Below, one piece after another: positions 21,004 through 30,644 of a DNA stretch of 64,000 bases. The position numbers and the translations under genes were made by a program. The first letter of the stretch is position 1. Every line of letters begins with the position of its first letter. The notes under the pieces were generated by a model. That model saw nothing but the letters and a program-made list of their open reading frames with translations, did not search any database and was not told the origin of the DNA. Source of the stretch: Candidatus Saccharimonadota bacterium. Its GTDB lineage: Bacteria; Patescibacteriota; Saccharimonadia; Saccharimonadales; UBA10212. The DNA is taken from NCBI GenBank assembly GCA_013815775.1, contig JACDFN010000001.1:241858-305857 (forward strand), in the 5' to 3' direction.

Positions 21004-22794
21004 ATGTTAGAAGTTGATGAAAAAACAAAAAAACGTGTCAAAAGGGGTATATTGCGGCGGCGTAAAAATGCTGTAACTCTAGGTGGGCGTGCCGATTTAC
21101 AAATAGAACAGTTATTAATTAGGCGGTTTGAGAGGTTAATTTCGGTCAGGCGCTTTATTTTTTTATGGGTATCGTTGTTTATTATATTGATCTTTCTTGG
21201 GGCCTATCAGCTTAGAGATCTGTCTACTTACTACCAATCGCAGCAGCCGATTCCAGGCGGCATATACCACGAAGGCATAGTTGGCACCTTTACTAACTCA
21301 AATCCGCTTTTTGCTGCCGGTACGGCCAATACCGCTGTTAGCAGGCTAGTATTTTCCGGCCTTTTTAAGTACAACGTCAACAATAAACTCGTAGGAGATT
21401 TAGCCACTGGGTGGAATTTAAATGAACAACAAACTACCTATATCGTGGGCTTAAAAAACGACATCACTTGGCAAGATGGTACTAAGTTTACGGCTGATGA
21501 CGTTGTTTTTACATATAAAGCTATCCAAGATCCAGAAACTCAATCCGTCCTTTACGCTAACTGGAAAGATATAAAAGTTACAAAATTAAACGACTTTGCT
21601 GTTATTTTTGAGCTGCCAAACAGCCTCAGTTCTTTTCCGTATGCCCTAACTGATGGAATTATTCCCAACCATCTCCTAAAAGATACTCCCCACACCCAAC
21701 TTCGAAGTGCTACTTTTAACGCATCGCCAGTGGGCACCGGGCCATTTGAATGGCGGTTTGTGGAAACTATAGGCACCGGTACACCCCAACGCGAGCAGCG
21801 TATCAGTCTTACGCCCTTTGAGAAGTATTGGGAGGGTCGCCCAAAACTCAATGGCTTCAATCTATTAGCATTTACAGATGAACAATACTTACTGGCCGCT
21901 TTTAAAAAGAAACAGCTCAATGCCATGAGCGGCCTGGAAAACTTGCCGAAAGACCTGGCTAAGGATAGCAGCATTAAAACCTATAACACTCCCTTAACTA
22001 GCACCATTATGGCTTTTTTCAATAATTCCAAGCCAATCTATGATGATGTAAATGTCCGTAAAGCCCTTGTTGCCGGAGTTGAAAGAAATAAGGTCATCGA
22101 ACTTTTCTCTTTTCCTGTAAAGCTGGCAAATAGCCCTCTGTTGCCGGCTCAACTTGGTTATGACCCGACCCTAACTCAGATACCTTACAATTTCGATCAA
22201 GCCAATAAACTTTTAGATACTGCTGGCTGGGTTAAGGATGAGAACGGCCAGCGCCAAAAGAATGGCAAACCTCTAGTTATTAACATGAGAGCCCAAGAAA
22301 CGCAGGAGTACACAAAAGTAGCTGATTTTCTGCAACGAGAATGGCAAAAGCTAGGGGCTAAGGTAGCTATCCAGTATCACACCAGCGAAGATCTACAGTC
22401 GTTAGTTATTGCCAATCATGAATACGAGGTATTGCTGTACGGAATTAGCTTAGGGGTAGATCCAGATGTGTACGCCTACTGGGACAGCTCACAGGCCAGC
22501 GTGGGCTCTCAAGGACGTCTTAACCTAAGCGAATACAAGTCGGCAGCTGCCGACCAAGCTATTGAGTCTGCTCGCACCCGGGCAGACCAGGCAACCCGCA
22601 CCATAAAATACAAAGCCTTTTTAACAGAATGGGTGAAAGATGCTCCGGCGCTTGCTCTCTATCAGCCCAATTCTCTATACGTAGCCAGAAATGTGGTGTT
22701 TAATTACGAGCGAAAGTCCAGTAACAGCTCTGCCGACCGTTTTTATAACGTACACCAATGGATGATCCGCCAACAAAAACAAAAAATCCTCTAA
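21004..22794 (+). CDS. peptide ABC transporter substrate-binding protein (family 5), TM-anchored
   Basis: GDLATGW, WQDGTKFTADDVVFT, PVGTGPF. Confidence 0.88.
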   Translation: MLEVDEKTKKRVKRGILRRRKNAVTLGGRADLQIEQLLIRRFERLISVRRFIFLWVSLFIILIFLGAYQLRDLSTYYQSQQPIPGGIYHEGIVGTFTNSNPLFAAGTANTAVSRLVFSGLFKYNVNNKLVGDLATGWNLNEQQTTYIVGLKNDITWQDGTKFTADDVVFTYKAIQDPETQSVLYANWKDIKVTKLNDFAVIFELPNSLSSFPYALTDGIIPNHLLKDTPHTQLRSATFNASPVGTGPFEWRFVETIGTGTPQREQRISLTPFEKYWEGRPKLNGFNLLAFTDEQYLLAAFKKKQLNAMSGLENLPKDLAKDSSIKTYNTPLTSTIMAFFNNSKPIYDDVNVRKALVAGVERNKVIELFSFPVKLANSPLLPAQLGYDPTLTQIPYNFDQANKLLDTAGWVKDENGQRQKNGKPLVINMRAQETQEYTKVADFLQREWQKLGAKVAIQYHTSEDLQSLVIANHEYEVLLYGISLGVDPDVYAYWDSSQASVGSQGRLNLSEYKSAAADQAIESARTRADQATRTIKYKAFLTEWVKDAPALALYQPNSLYVARNVVFNYERKSSNSSADRFYNVHQWMIRQQKQKIL

Positions 22795-22831
22795 TTTAAC
22801 ACGTACATCTTGGCTAGTCCTCTCTTCCCAC

Positions 22832-22945
22832 CCGATTCAAGTGGGGATACTTGAATCGGAAGGAGCAAAGCCGACTAAAAAGAAAAGAACTAAAACTCGT
22901 GCCGTTGCTTAAGTTTTAGTTCTTTCTACAAAGTCGAGCTTTGCG
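22832..22945. repeat. two adjacent hairpins downstream of tRNA-Leu (REP-like or terminator structure)
   Basis: CCGATTCAAGT/ACTTGAATCGG stem; GCAAAGCCGACT...AGAACTAAAACT/AGTTTTAGTTCT...AGTCGAGCTTTGC stem. Confidence 0.55.
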
Positions 22946-22946
22946 A

Positions 22947-23030
22947 TGGTGGGCGAGGTGGGATTCGAACCCACAACCCGTAAGGGCACGGATTTTAAGT
23001 CCGCTATGTAAACCATTCCATCACTCGCCC
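22947..23030 (-). tRNA. tRNA-Leu(TAA)
   Basis: Cloverleaf; anticodon arm GCGGA-CTTAAAA-TCCGT, long variable arm, GTTCGAATC, CCA. Confidence 0.95.
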
Positions 23031-23104
23031 TGGAGGCGCGTACGAGCTTCGCACTCGTGTAAAAGGTTTTGCAGACCTTTGCCTAACTCCTCGGCCAACG
23101 CGCC
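23031..23104 (-). tRNA. tRNA-Cys(GCA)
   Basis: GGCGCGT acceptor, anticodon arm AAGGT-CTGCAAA-ACCTT (extended), U73 discriminator, CCA; atypical T-loop TGCGAAG. Confidence 0.92.
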
Positions 23105-23222
23105 TTAGTCTTACCCCTCACAATTATACAAGATTAGGTCGCTTTAGTAGTTGCAAGATTGCCAAATAAGCGTTATTGTTTAATCACTAGCAATTAACAT
23201 GGGTGGGTAACAGGAGGGAAGT

Positions 23223-23357
23223 ATGGACTGGACTTGGAGCTCACCTATCGCTTTTGGTCTCTTCTTGCTGATGGCCGGCGGAGCACTCGTACTGCTTGGC
23301 TTGGCAATTAGCCTAGCGGCCGGTAGTTCGCCGCTGCCAGCAAAGCGACGACGCTAA
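23223..23357 (+). CDS. 44-aa single-TM small protein (not in ORF track)
   Basis: SD GGAGG, MDWTWSSPIAFGLFLLMAGGALVLLGLAISLAAGSSPLPAKRRR, followed by a terminator. Confidence 0.7.
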   Translation: MDWTWSSPIAFGLFLLMAGGALVLLGLAISLAAGSSPLPAKRRR

Positions 23358-23370
23358 AGAGATTTCTCAC

Positions 23371-23404
23371 AAAAAGCCCTAGGTAAATTACCCAGGGCTT
23401 TTTT
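23371..23404. terminator. bidirectional intrinsic terminator
   Basis: AAAAAGCCCTAGGTAAATTACCCAGGGCTTTTTT between convergent ORFs. Confidence 0.8.
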
Positions 23405-23423
23405 GTATTTTAATGAGGGTGAA

Positions 23424-23648
23424 TTAATTAAGTGGTAATCTCGGGCTGAAGCCTAAAAGATTCGCCTCGGCGGTTGCCATATTTGCTAGATTTTGTAGCA
23501 AAGCAACGTCTTGGTGTTCCTCTGGCGTAAGTTTAGAGGGGTCAATATTAGCGTTGATGACTGCCTCTGCCGCCCGGCTACGAAGCTCATGTAATTTATC
23601 ACCCGTCGGTTCATCTTCTGCTGATCCTAGTTTTTCTATATCTGGCAT
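23424..23648 (-). CDS. hypothetical protein
   Basis: Start MPDIEKLG preceded by GAGG; ends at the terminator. Confidence 0.55.
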   Translation of the reverse strand: MPDIEKLGSAEDEPTGDKLHELRSRAAEAVINANIDPSKLTPEEHQDVALLQNLANMATAEANLLGFSPRLPLN

Positions 23649-23670
23649 GTTGAAATTCCTCTTCTTATAA

Positions 23671-23726
23671 CATACTAACAAAACTATTGATAAACTGGCC
23701 ATGTGTTGGCGCTAATAAACCTTTGC
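23671..23726 (+). repeat. 56-bp imperfect direct repeat, copy 1
   Basis: CATACTAACAAAACTATTGATAAA is identical to 27500-27523; 48/56 identity overall. Confidence 0.85.
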
Positions 23727-23794
23727 GGGGTGGACTTATACAATGAAAGTTCAAACTCATTTCATTTCAAGAAGCCGAAAAGGGCCAACGGGTA

Positions 23795-23823
23795 TTGACA
23801 CGGAAACAAATCATACTTATCAT
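23795..23823 (+). promoter_or_regulatory. sigma70 promoter of the AbrB-ABC operon
   Basis: TTGACA-N17-TATCAT, overlapped by tandem CATACT motifs. Confidence 0.7.
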
Positions 23824-23861
23824 ACTAATATGATAATGTAACAAACCAGGAGTTTTGGAAT

Positions 23862-24101
23862 ATGGATAGTTTTAAGTTTTATGGTTCTGCCACAGTAGGC
23901 ACCAAGGGCCAAATTGTAATCCCAGCAGAGGCTCGTGACGAGCTAAATTTTAAAGAGGGCGACAAAGTGGTCATTATGAAGTCTCCTATGCACGATGGTC
24001 TTATGATGCTTAAAGCCGAAGTATTTGAGCAACATCTGAATCAAATGCAACATGGTATTGAACATCATCGTCAAAAAATGGCCGATAAGGAAAATAACTA
24101 A
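23862..24101 (+). CDS. AbrB/MazE/SpoVT family DNA-binding protein
   Basis: ATVGTKGQIVIPAEARDELNFKEGDKV. Confidence 0.9.
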   Translation: MDSFKFYGSATVGTKGQIVIPAEARDELNFKEGDKVVIMKSPMHDGLMMLKAEVFEQHLNQMQHGIEHHRQKMADKENN

Positions 24102-24110
24102 AAGGAGTTT

Positions 24111-24272
24111 ATGATGCAGAACAAAGTGACAAAGCCGAAGAACCGCAAAAAAATAATTATCGTGTTGATTATTATCGCCTTAGTTGTAGGCGGTATTATC
24201 TATGCAGCAACAAAAGCTTCTGATTTTAAACCGCCATCACATAGTGATTTTCGTAATCAGCATGGCGGGTAG
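24111..24272 (+). CDS. 53-aa single-TM small protein (not in ORF track)
   Basis: SD AAGGAG; MMQNKVTKPKNRKKIIIVLIIIALVVGGIIYAATKASDFKPPSHSDFRNQHGG. Confidence 0.7.
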   Translation: MMQNKVTKPKNRKKIIIVLIIIALVVGGIIYAATKASDFKPPSHSDFRNQHGG

Positions 24273-24325
24273 AACGAGTAATAAACAGTTCAAAATTAAC
24301 TGAGAAACTGGAGGTTCAATAATCT

Positions 24326-25033
24326 ATGGTTAATAATCCTAACAAAATCCTAGCAGTCCAGCTACGTGGAGTGGTAAAGGCGTACCAGGTGAGTGCAGGA
24401 AAGTTTACCGCCATCCACCATATAGACCTAGATATCGTGCAGGGTGAATTTGTCGCCATTGTCGGTCAATCCGGCAGTGGCAAGACCACGTTATTAAATC
24501 TCCTTGCTGGAATTGATCGTCCAACGAGTGGCGAGGTACTGGTTGCAGACACGAGTCTGGGCAAGCTCTCAGAGTCGGACTTAGCTGAGTGGCGTGGCAA
24601 GCATGTGGGGCTAGTGTTTCAGTTTTTCCAACTATTACCAACACTGACGGTCGTAGAAAATGTACAATTGCCAATGGACTTTGCTAAAAACATACCGACT
24701 GCCCTGCGCCGAACACGAGCACTTGCACTGCTTGATAGGGTTGGCATAAAAGATCAGGCAAACAAGTTGCCTGCCATGCTTTCGGGGGGTCAGCAACAGC
24801 GAGCAGCCATAGCACGGGCTTTGGCAAACGACCCACCTATTTTGCTCTGCGACGAGCCAACCGGCAATCTTGATTCGGCGAATCGGCTATCGGTTCTTAA
24901 ATTGTTTGCCGACCTAAACGCCGAAGGGCGAACTATTGTCATGGTAACTCATGAACGGGATGCTTCGTCCTTCACCAGCCGACAAGTAACGCTGGTTGAT
25001 GGCCGTGTTGCCATTCCAGCCGGAAGGAGTTAG
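24326..25033 (+). CDS. ABC transporter ATP-binding protein (LolD/MacB type)
   Basis: [28 protein letters not shown]. Confidence 0.95.
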   Translation: MVNNPNKILAVQLRGVVKAYQVSAGKFTAIHHIDLDIVQGEFVAIVGQSGSGKTTLLNLLAGIDRPTSGEVLVADTSLGKLSESDLAEWRGKHVGLVFQFFQLLPTLTVVENVQLPMDFAKNIPTALRRTRALALLDRVGIKDQANKLPAMLSGGQQQRAAIARALANDPPILLCDEPTGNLDSANRLSVLKLFADLNAEGRTIVMVTHERDASSFTSRQVTLVDGRVAIPAGRS

Positions 25034-25038
25034 TAAAA

Positions 25039-27492
25039 ATGACAAAGCTACTCCTCATCAAGTTAGTTCGGGATATGCGGACAACCTGGGGGCGAATGGT
25101 GATGATGATCTTCGCTATCAGCCTCAGCCTCATTGCCTTTAGTACTATGTTGCAAGCGCGCACTCTCGTGCAGTCTAATATGACGAGCGGTTATCTCAGC
25201 ACCAATCCTGCTTCGGCTAGAATCACTATTAATCCAGGCGTTGCTCCTGAAAAAATTGAATCCACCCTCAATCTAGCCAAGTCAGAGCCAGGCATTATTG
25301 ATGCCGCTATGCGCTCGGTGCTTAGTCTCAAGATCCAAAAAGACGGCAGCGAATCGGCCACGCTCCAAATGTTTGTCGCCTCACCCGATGATCCAATGCG
25401 TATCGCGACGTTCAAAACCGAACGAGGTAATTGGCCTCCTCCTAAGGACGGTATCTTACTAGAGAAATCTACGCTTGAGGCTATGAAACTAAAGGTCGGC
25501 GAGAGTCTAACTGTCCTCGGTTCCAATGATAAACCGGTGCAACTAAAGATTACTGGCAGCGCTCGTGACCAAAGCCTTTCACCTGCCAGTCAAGACACTG
25601 GATACGGCCACATTTCAACAAATATCTTGCCACTTCTTGGCAAAGAACCTACTCTTAATCAACTAGCAATTACTGTGGCTGACAAGCCAGGCCAGACCGA
25701 ACCTAGCCATAACCGTGACGTAATCGTGCGCACGGCACTTAGTCTCGCCGACCGGCTAAAGCAGGACCCGGGTGTGAGCATTGAGCAGATAGCGGTTCCG
25801 CCGCCCTACGAACACCCACACCAGCAAATAGCCAACGCGCTATTAACGGCACTACTGGCTTTCGGTGCCTTGTCACTCCTTTTGAGTGCCGTTCTGATTG
25901 CCACTATGTTTAACGGATTGCTAACGCAGCACATACCGCAAATCGGCATCATGAAGGCGATTGGTGCTCGTTCGAATCGAATCCTACAATTCTATTTGAT
26001 TATGATTCTTTTGGTGTCAGCGATAGCTACAACTCTGGCCTTTGTGCCTGGTATTGTGCTCGGCCGAGCACTGGCTGATTTGTTACTTAAGGGCGCTTTA
26101 AATATAGATGTTACAAGCCTGTCGGTGCCATTATGGGTATATGCCGTGACTGGTATTGTGGGTATCGGTGTGCCACTGCTGCTAGCACTCATACCACTTG
26201 TGCGGGCTAGTCGTAAAACGGTACGAGAGGCACTTGATGAGCGTGGTGCCACTGATCGCCCGGGACGCTTTACAAAGCGTTTGTATAGCTGGCTTGGCAA
26301 ACTTCGTGGCGTAGATATAACTCTTTTGATGGCTTTTCGTAATATTTTCCGGCGCCAAGCGCGGTTTCTGCTATCAGTCGGGCTGCTGGCAACGGCCGGA
26401 GCGATATTTGTCGGCGGATTAAACCTAAGGGCAGGTTTCCAAGCTATTCCGAAAACAATTACAGACCAGAATAGTTGGGATGTCGGTGTAAGACTAAGAG
26501 AACCAGCTGTTGCCAAACAAGTTACGGATATCGTCGGAAATGTTCCTGGCGTTACAGGTGTTGAAACCTGGAATACTATATCCACGAACATCCAATATCC
26601 AGGGAAAGTCGATGTCACTCGCACTTATCCCGATCAAGGTCACGGTTCATTAAACCTCACTGCCATTCCTGAGGTAACATCAGTATTCAACCCACCTAAG
26701 ATAATTGAGGGGCGATGGCTTGCTGCGGGCGATACCGATGCGATTGTTCTCCCGCAATCTATACGAAAATCATTGCCTGATATGAAAGTCGGCGACAGCG
26801 TCCAATTGCCGATAGATGATGTTCTTACTGATTGGCTTGTCGTAGGCATAGCGCAGGATCTAGCTGGTGGGGCCTGTCCTTGCGTATCGCAAGTAGGTTT
26901 TGAGCAAGCCTCGGGCCAGCAAGGTCATGTTAACCTAATCCGAATTGTGACCGATCGCCATGACAAACAGGCGCGCATTGCTGCTGGACAAGCAGCCACC
27001 GAGGCGCTGGGTCTAGGGCAGATCAAAGCCCAGAGCGCCATGCCGATTGATGCTCTGGTCGACTCTGCAGAAGGTCATTCAAACGTGCTTATAATTCTGA
27101 TCATGTTTATCGCTGCCTCAATCGGTATAGTTGGATTGATCGGGCTGGGTTCCACTATGAGCACAAATGTAATTGAGCGCACCCGTGAATTCGGTGTGAT
27201 GAACGCCATAGGAGCGCCTGCCGGAGTTGTGCGCCGTTTGGTGGTTTACGAAGGTGTTTTTATAGCAGTTGTAAGCTGCGTTGTTGCTATTGTTCCCACT
27301 CTGCTAATCACACTAGTCATGGGGACAGGACTTGGCAATTTGTTCTTTAGTGCGCCCGTACCGTTTCATGTTTCCTTGTGGGCAATCATCATTTGGATTG
27401 CCGTGGTTACGATTGGTGCGACGCTGGCTACCCTGGCACCAGCCTACAGAGCAGCCCGTCTGACCGTTCGCGAAGCACTGGCATACTTATGA
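25039..27492 (+). CDS. FtsX/MacB-type ABC permease, duplicated architecture
   Basis: Two FtsX modules (QIGIMKAIGA, ERTREFGVMNAIGA), C-terminal PAYRAARL. Confidence 0.9.
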   Translation: MTKLLLIKLVRDMRTTWGRMVMMIFAISLSLIAFSTMLQARTLVQSNMTSGYLSTNPASARITINPGVAPEKIESTLNLAKSEPGIIDAAMRSVLSLKIQKDGSESATLQMFVASPDDPMRIATFKTERGNWPPPKDGILLEKSTLEAMKLKVGESLTVLGSNDKPVQLKITGSARDQSLSPASQDTGYGHISTNILPLLGKEPTLNQLAITVADKPGQTEPSHNRDVIVRTALSLADRLKQDPGVSIEQIAVPPPYEHPHQQIANALLTALLAFGALSLLLSAVLIATMFNGLLTQHIPQIGIMKAIGARSNRILQFYLIMILLVSAIATTLAFVPGIVLGRALADLLLKGALNIDVTSLSVPLWVYAVTGIVGIGVPLLLALIPLVRASRKTVREALDERGATDRPGRFTKRLYSWLGKLRGVDITLLMAFRNIFRRQARFLLSVGLLATAGAIFVGGLNLRAGFQAIPKTITDQNSWDVGVRLREPAVAKQVTDIVGNVPGVTGVETWNTISTNIQYPGKVDVTRTYPDQGHGSLNLTAIPEVTSVFNPPKIIEGRWLAAGDTDAIVLPQSIRKSLPDMKVGDSVQLPIDDVLTDWLVVGIAQDLAGGACPCVSQVGFEQASGQQGHVNLIRIVTDRHDKQARIAAGQAATEALGLGQIKAQSAMPIDALVDSAEGHSNVLIILIMFIAASIGIVGLIGLGSTMSTNVIERTREFGVMNAIGAPAGVVRRLVVYEGVFIAVVSCVVAIVPTLLITLVMGTGLGNLFFSAPVPFHVSLWAIIIWIAVVTIGATLATLAPAYRAARLTVREALAYL

Positions 27493-27499
27493 TAGAGGA

Positions 27500-27555
27500 C
27501 ATACTAACAAAACTATTGATAAATTTGCCTTATGTTGCCGCTAATGAGTCTTTGC
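27500..27555 (+). repeat. 56-bp imperfect direct repeat, copy 2
   Basis: Matches 23671-23726. Confidence 0.85.
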
Positions 27556-27620
27556 TTGTGCGCCGTTAGCTACGAAAGTAAAATTTTACTCCTATAGTCT
27601 AAGCCAAAATAGCACCTAGC

Positions 27621-28148
27621 TTAAGATGAGAGTTCGGCAAGCAACTTATTCGCTCTTCTAATGACGGAGTTTGATTTGTGTTTTTGCTGTACGTTGAGTA
27701 ATGAAACTGTATCTTTCTGTGGGACAGAACCGTCTTTCGTAAATTGTACTAATGTTTGCATTGCATTTGCTGCGACGATCCAGTCAACATCTGTATTAGA
27801 CAGCAAATGCTTAAGCCAGTTTATCGCATTGAGTTTCTGTTCTGGACTTAAGCTGACCTGACTATATATCTGAGCCAAATGCCACTGTATTGATGGTTGA
27901 CCGTTTGAACCCAATTCGACTTGAAATTTATCTACGTACGGCAGTAGCCAATCGGGGTGCTGACGACAGATTTTTTCTAATGCGTCTACGGCACGCATTC
28001 TTATCCATGCGTCCTCATTAAATACGCAACTATATAGTTCGTCGAGTTGGTTTTTGTTATTTAATACTTGTTCAATAACTTCATTCGTCCTACCAAGGGA
28101 ATTGGACTTACCCCCGACTGTAAGTATTTCTGCGTAGCTTTCTGTCAT
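27621..28148 (-). CDS. HEAT-repeat-like helical hypothetical protein
   Basis: DAWIRMRAVDALEK and other HEAT-like helical pairs. Confidence 0.7.
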   Translation of the reverse strand: MTESYAEILTVGGKSNSLGRTNEVIEQVLNNKNQLDELYSCVFNEDAWIRMRAVDALEKICRQHPDWLLPYVDKFQVELGSNGQPSIQWHLAQIYSQVSLSPEQKLNAINWLKHLLSNTDVDWIVAANAMQTLVQFTKDGSVPQKDTVSLLNVQQKHKSNSVIRRANKLLAELSS

Positions 28149-28161
28149 ACTCTAACAATAA

Positions 28162-28191
28162 CAAAAGAGACGGTTTTAGCCGTCTCTTTTG
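28162..28191 (-). terminator. intrinsic terminator just beyond the distal att copy
   Basis: CAAAAGAGACGG-TTTTAG-CCGTCTCTTTTG, ending 9 nt before the TGGTGCGGG repeat. Confidence 0.8.
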
Positions 28192-28200
28192 GTTCATCTG

Positions 28201-28314
28201 TGGTGCGGGATAGTTGACGCATTTCAAACATCGGCTATCATTGCCGATAACGATTATAAACTAAAGCATTTGGTTGAGGTATTCAACTTATCAGGCAGCT
28301 TGCTTGATGCTTAA
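28201..28314 (+). pseudogene. att site plus orphan C-terminal gene tail, copy 1
   Basis: Starts with TGGTGCGGG (antisense of the tRNA-Gly 3' end); reads WCGIVDAFQTSAIIADNDYKLKHLVEVFNLSGSLLDA*. Confidence 0.8.
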
Positions 28315-28354
28315 TTGAATGACTTGAATAAGTCTTTTAGAAAAATATCTACGG

Positions 28355-28918
28355 TTATAGCTGGGCTTTGGGAATTAACAGGCCCGACGACACTATACGC
28401 CTGTTTATTCCTCTAATTGACCACGCTATCAAAATAATTCCTAAAATATTCGCTCCAGTTGCCAGCAGTTGAGTAGCCGCAAACCGCTCGGCACTAAAAT
28501 AAGCTCCTGAGCCAGCTAGAGCTGTAACAAGTGGAGCCACTATAGAAGTTCCACATGATACGCAGTGCGAACCTACCATAGCCACTAGAGCACCGCTATT
28601 ACTCTTAACTGCTCCTAGGCGTTGCTTACTTGACCGCCACATGAACACTAGTAACATTAAGTTAATGGCCAGCAATAAAGAAAATACAAGCCTCGATAGA
28701 TTAACTGGATTACCTATATTGAAGAAGGTAATGTAGGTATCAAAAATAAAACCGAATTTACCTACAGTCGTAAGACTGGGCGAACTTAAAATGTATGCCA
28801 GCAGGTTTATATTTACTAACCATAAGAAAATACTAATAGCGATGAACCAAAACAGCAGAAAATATCTAAAATAAGGTCGTCGCTTAAGAATCTGTTTGGC
28901 GACATTGTATGATTGCAT
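28355..28918 (-). CDS. multi-TM membrane protein with CxxC motif
   Basis: Several TM helices, GSHCVSCG. Confidence 0.7.
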   Translation of the reverse strand: MQSYNVAKQILKRRPYFRYFLLFWFIAISIFLWLVNINLLAYILSSPSLTTVGKFGFIFDTYITFFNIGNPVNLSRLVFSLLLAINLMLLVFMWRSSKQRLGAVKSNSGALVAMVGSHCVSCGTSIVAPLVTALAGSGAYFSAERFAATQLLATGANILGIILIAWSIRGINRRIVSSGLLIPKAQL

Positions 28919-28929
28919 GGTTTTTTGCG

Positions 28930-29082
28930 TTATGCCTGTTTTTGACTTTCAACTGCCAGCTTAGTAATTTCCAAATTACAGCTTTTGTATTTATTGCACC
29001 AAGCCTCGCACTTTTTAGCAATCTCTTCGTCATAGTAATAAAGCCCGCATTCTGGGCATTGAAATATCTTCTGCTCGCTCAC
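28930..29082 (-). CDS. 50-aa Cys-rich zinc-finger-like protein (not in ORF track)
   Basis: GTGA overlap with the reductase stop; MSEQKIFQCPECGLYYYDEEIAKKCEAWCNKYKSCNLEITKLAVESQKQA. Confidence 0.75.
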   Translation of the reverse strand: MSEQKIFQCPECGLYYYDEEIAKKCEAWCNKYKSCNLEITKLAVESQKQA

Positions 29083-30419
29083 AGCATATACCTCGCATCG
29101 TCACTAGGCGAAGGAAAGGCGTAAATTGGGGTTTGGAACTGTTCGGCTGTCAGTCCGGCTTCAATAGCCAGGGCAAACATATTTATCAGGTCTTCGGCAT
29201 GATTGCCGATTATATGAGCACCCATAATTTTGTTGGTTTGCTTGTCGACTAACGTTTTAGCCATCGTGTGCTTAAGGTTTGTCCGTTTTGCATCAAACCA
29301 GCCAGACATATCTTTCGTGTGCACTCGGACATCAATACCTTTATCTTTAGCTTCCTGTTCAGTCAAACCTACCTTTGCAAGAGGCGGCTCTGTAAATACA
29401 ACACTAGGAGTTGAGCGATAGTCGGGCTGCCTTGTCTTCTTGCCAAGTAAGTTATCGGCCACAATTGTGCCGTGCAGCCGTGCTACAGGCGAAAGCGGCG
29501 GTCCAGCGGCTACTGCATCACCGCCTGCATAGACACGAGAATTAGATACACTTTGCAAATACTCATTCACCACTACGCCACGCTGTTCATATTCAATGTT
29601 GGCTGCTTCTAGGTTGAGGGTATCAATGGCAGGTGGGCGGCCAGCTCCGTGTACCGCTAAGTCGGCATTGTATTGTTGGCCGTCAGCAGCGTGAATAACT
29701 AAAGCTCCTCCGATTTTTTCTATCTTGGTAGCAGAGGCATCCAGTATTACATCAACACCAGCTTCCTGCGACGCCGCTACCAAAGTCTTAACTGTATCGG
29801 GGTCAAATATCGGCAGCGGTTTGTTGTCATTGTGCAAAATCATTACTTTTGCCCCGAAGCGAGCTGCAACATGTGCTAACTCAAAAGAAACATAACCACC
29901 GCCCACAAAGACAATACGTTTTGGCAGCTGTGTTAAATTCAAAAAACCATCGCTGGTTATAAGGTGTTCAGCTCCTTCTATGTTCAGTTTGGCTGGTTTC
30001 GCTCCCGTTGCAATGTGAAAGTGCTCGGCAGTTAGCTGCTCGCCGTTAATTTCAAGCGTATTTTCGTTAATAAACTTTGGCGAGCCTTCATATAATTCAA
30101 CACCAGCTTTTTGAAGTGGCTCCTTTGTTTCAGCCGATACATGGTTAGTAAAGGTTGCCTTGAACTTGATTAAAGCTGCCCAGTCTAGCTCAGCAGGCTT
30201 GGTTACTATTCCTAAGTCTTGTAATCGTCTGTTCAAGTCAGACATTTCGGCGGCACCAACCAGAACCTTCTTTGGTATACAGCCACGATTATCACAAGTG
30301 CCGCCCCAGATTTTATTTTCCTCAACAACCGCTACTTTCCAGCCAGCTTCAGCACAACGTGTAGCCACATGGTAACCAGCACCACCACTACCTAAAACTA
30401 CAAGGTCATATTTATGCAT
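29079..30419 (-). CDS. class I pyridine nucleotide-disulfide reductase (glutathione reductase-like)
   Basis: GSGGAG, GGTCDNRGCIPKK redox disulfide, GGGYVSFE, dimerisation domain; C-terminal FPS. Confidence 0.88.
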   Translation of the reverse strand: MHKYDLVVLGSGGAGYHVATRCAEAGWKVAVVEENKIWGGTCDNRGCIPKKVLVGAAEMSDLNRRLQDLGIVTKPAELDWAALIKFKATFTNHVSAETKEPLQKAGVELYEGSPKFINENTLEINGEQLTAEHFHIATGAKPAKLNIEGAEHLITSDGFLNLTQLPKRIVFVGGGYVSFELAHVAARFGAKVMILHNDNKPLPIFDPDTVKTLVAASQEAGVDVILDASATKIEKIGGALVIHAADGQQYNADLAVHGAGRPPAIDTLNLEAANIEYEQRGVVVNEYLQSVSNSRVYAGGDAVAAGPPLSPVARLHGTIVADNLLGKKTRQPDYRSTPSVVFTEPPLAKVGLTEQEAKDKGIDVRVHTKDMSGWFDAKRTNLKHTMAKTLVDKQTNKIMGAHIIGNHAEDLINMFALAIEAGLTAEQFQTPIYAFPSPSDDARYML

Positions 30420-30420
30420 A

Positions 30421-30621
30421 CTAATTCTCCTTTTCGTTTATACTTTGCCGTGCTAATTCATACTCGATACGCTTACCAAAGCCTTTGGCCGAATATAGCA
30501 TCAGCCCAATGCCGATGACATTACTCCATGAAACATTATCATTTCTACTTGCCCAGATTAAATAAATTGCGATAGCGAGCGTTACTTTCGAGTTGCTCAT
30601 GATGGTGCTTAATTTACTCAT
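30421..30621 (-). CDS. small two-TM membrane protein
   Basis: Likely start MSKLSTI at 30621, which avoids overlap with the upstream gene; abuts the reductase. Confidence 0.55.
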   Translation of the reverse strand: MSKLSTIMSNSKVTLAIAIYLIWASRNDNVSWSNVIGIGLMLYSAKGFGKRIEYELARQSINEKEN

Positions 30622-30644
30622 TTGAAATAATTTTAATATGAATA

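Noticed and set aside
27512-27540. dif/Xer site (ATAA...TTATGTT)
   Set aside because: Spacer is 7 nt, arms match poorly, and TTAT is not kept in the other repeat copy.
27500-27571. Integron attC site (CTAAC...GTTAG)
   Set aside because: Internal L boxes do not pair, copy 1 lacks the GTTAG end, and no IntI is present.
28201-28314. tRNA pseudogenes at 28201 and 31050
   Set aside because: Only the terminal 9 nt match the tRNA; the remainder has no cloverleaf and shows codon-type conservation.
29079-30419. Mercuric reductase MerA
   Set aside because: No C-terminal Cys-Cys, no N-terminal metal-binding domain, no mer genes nearby.
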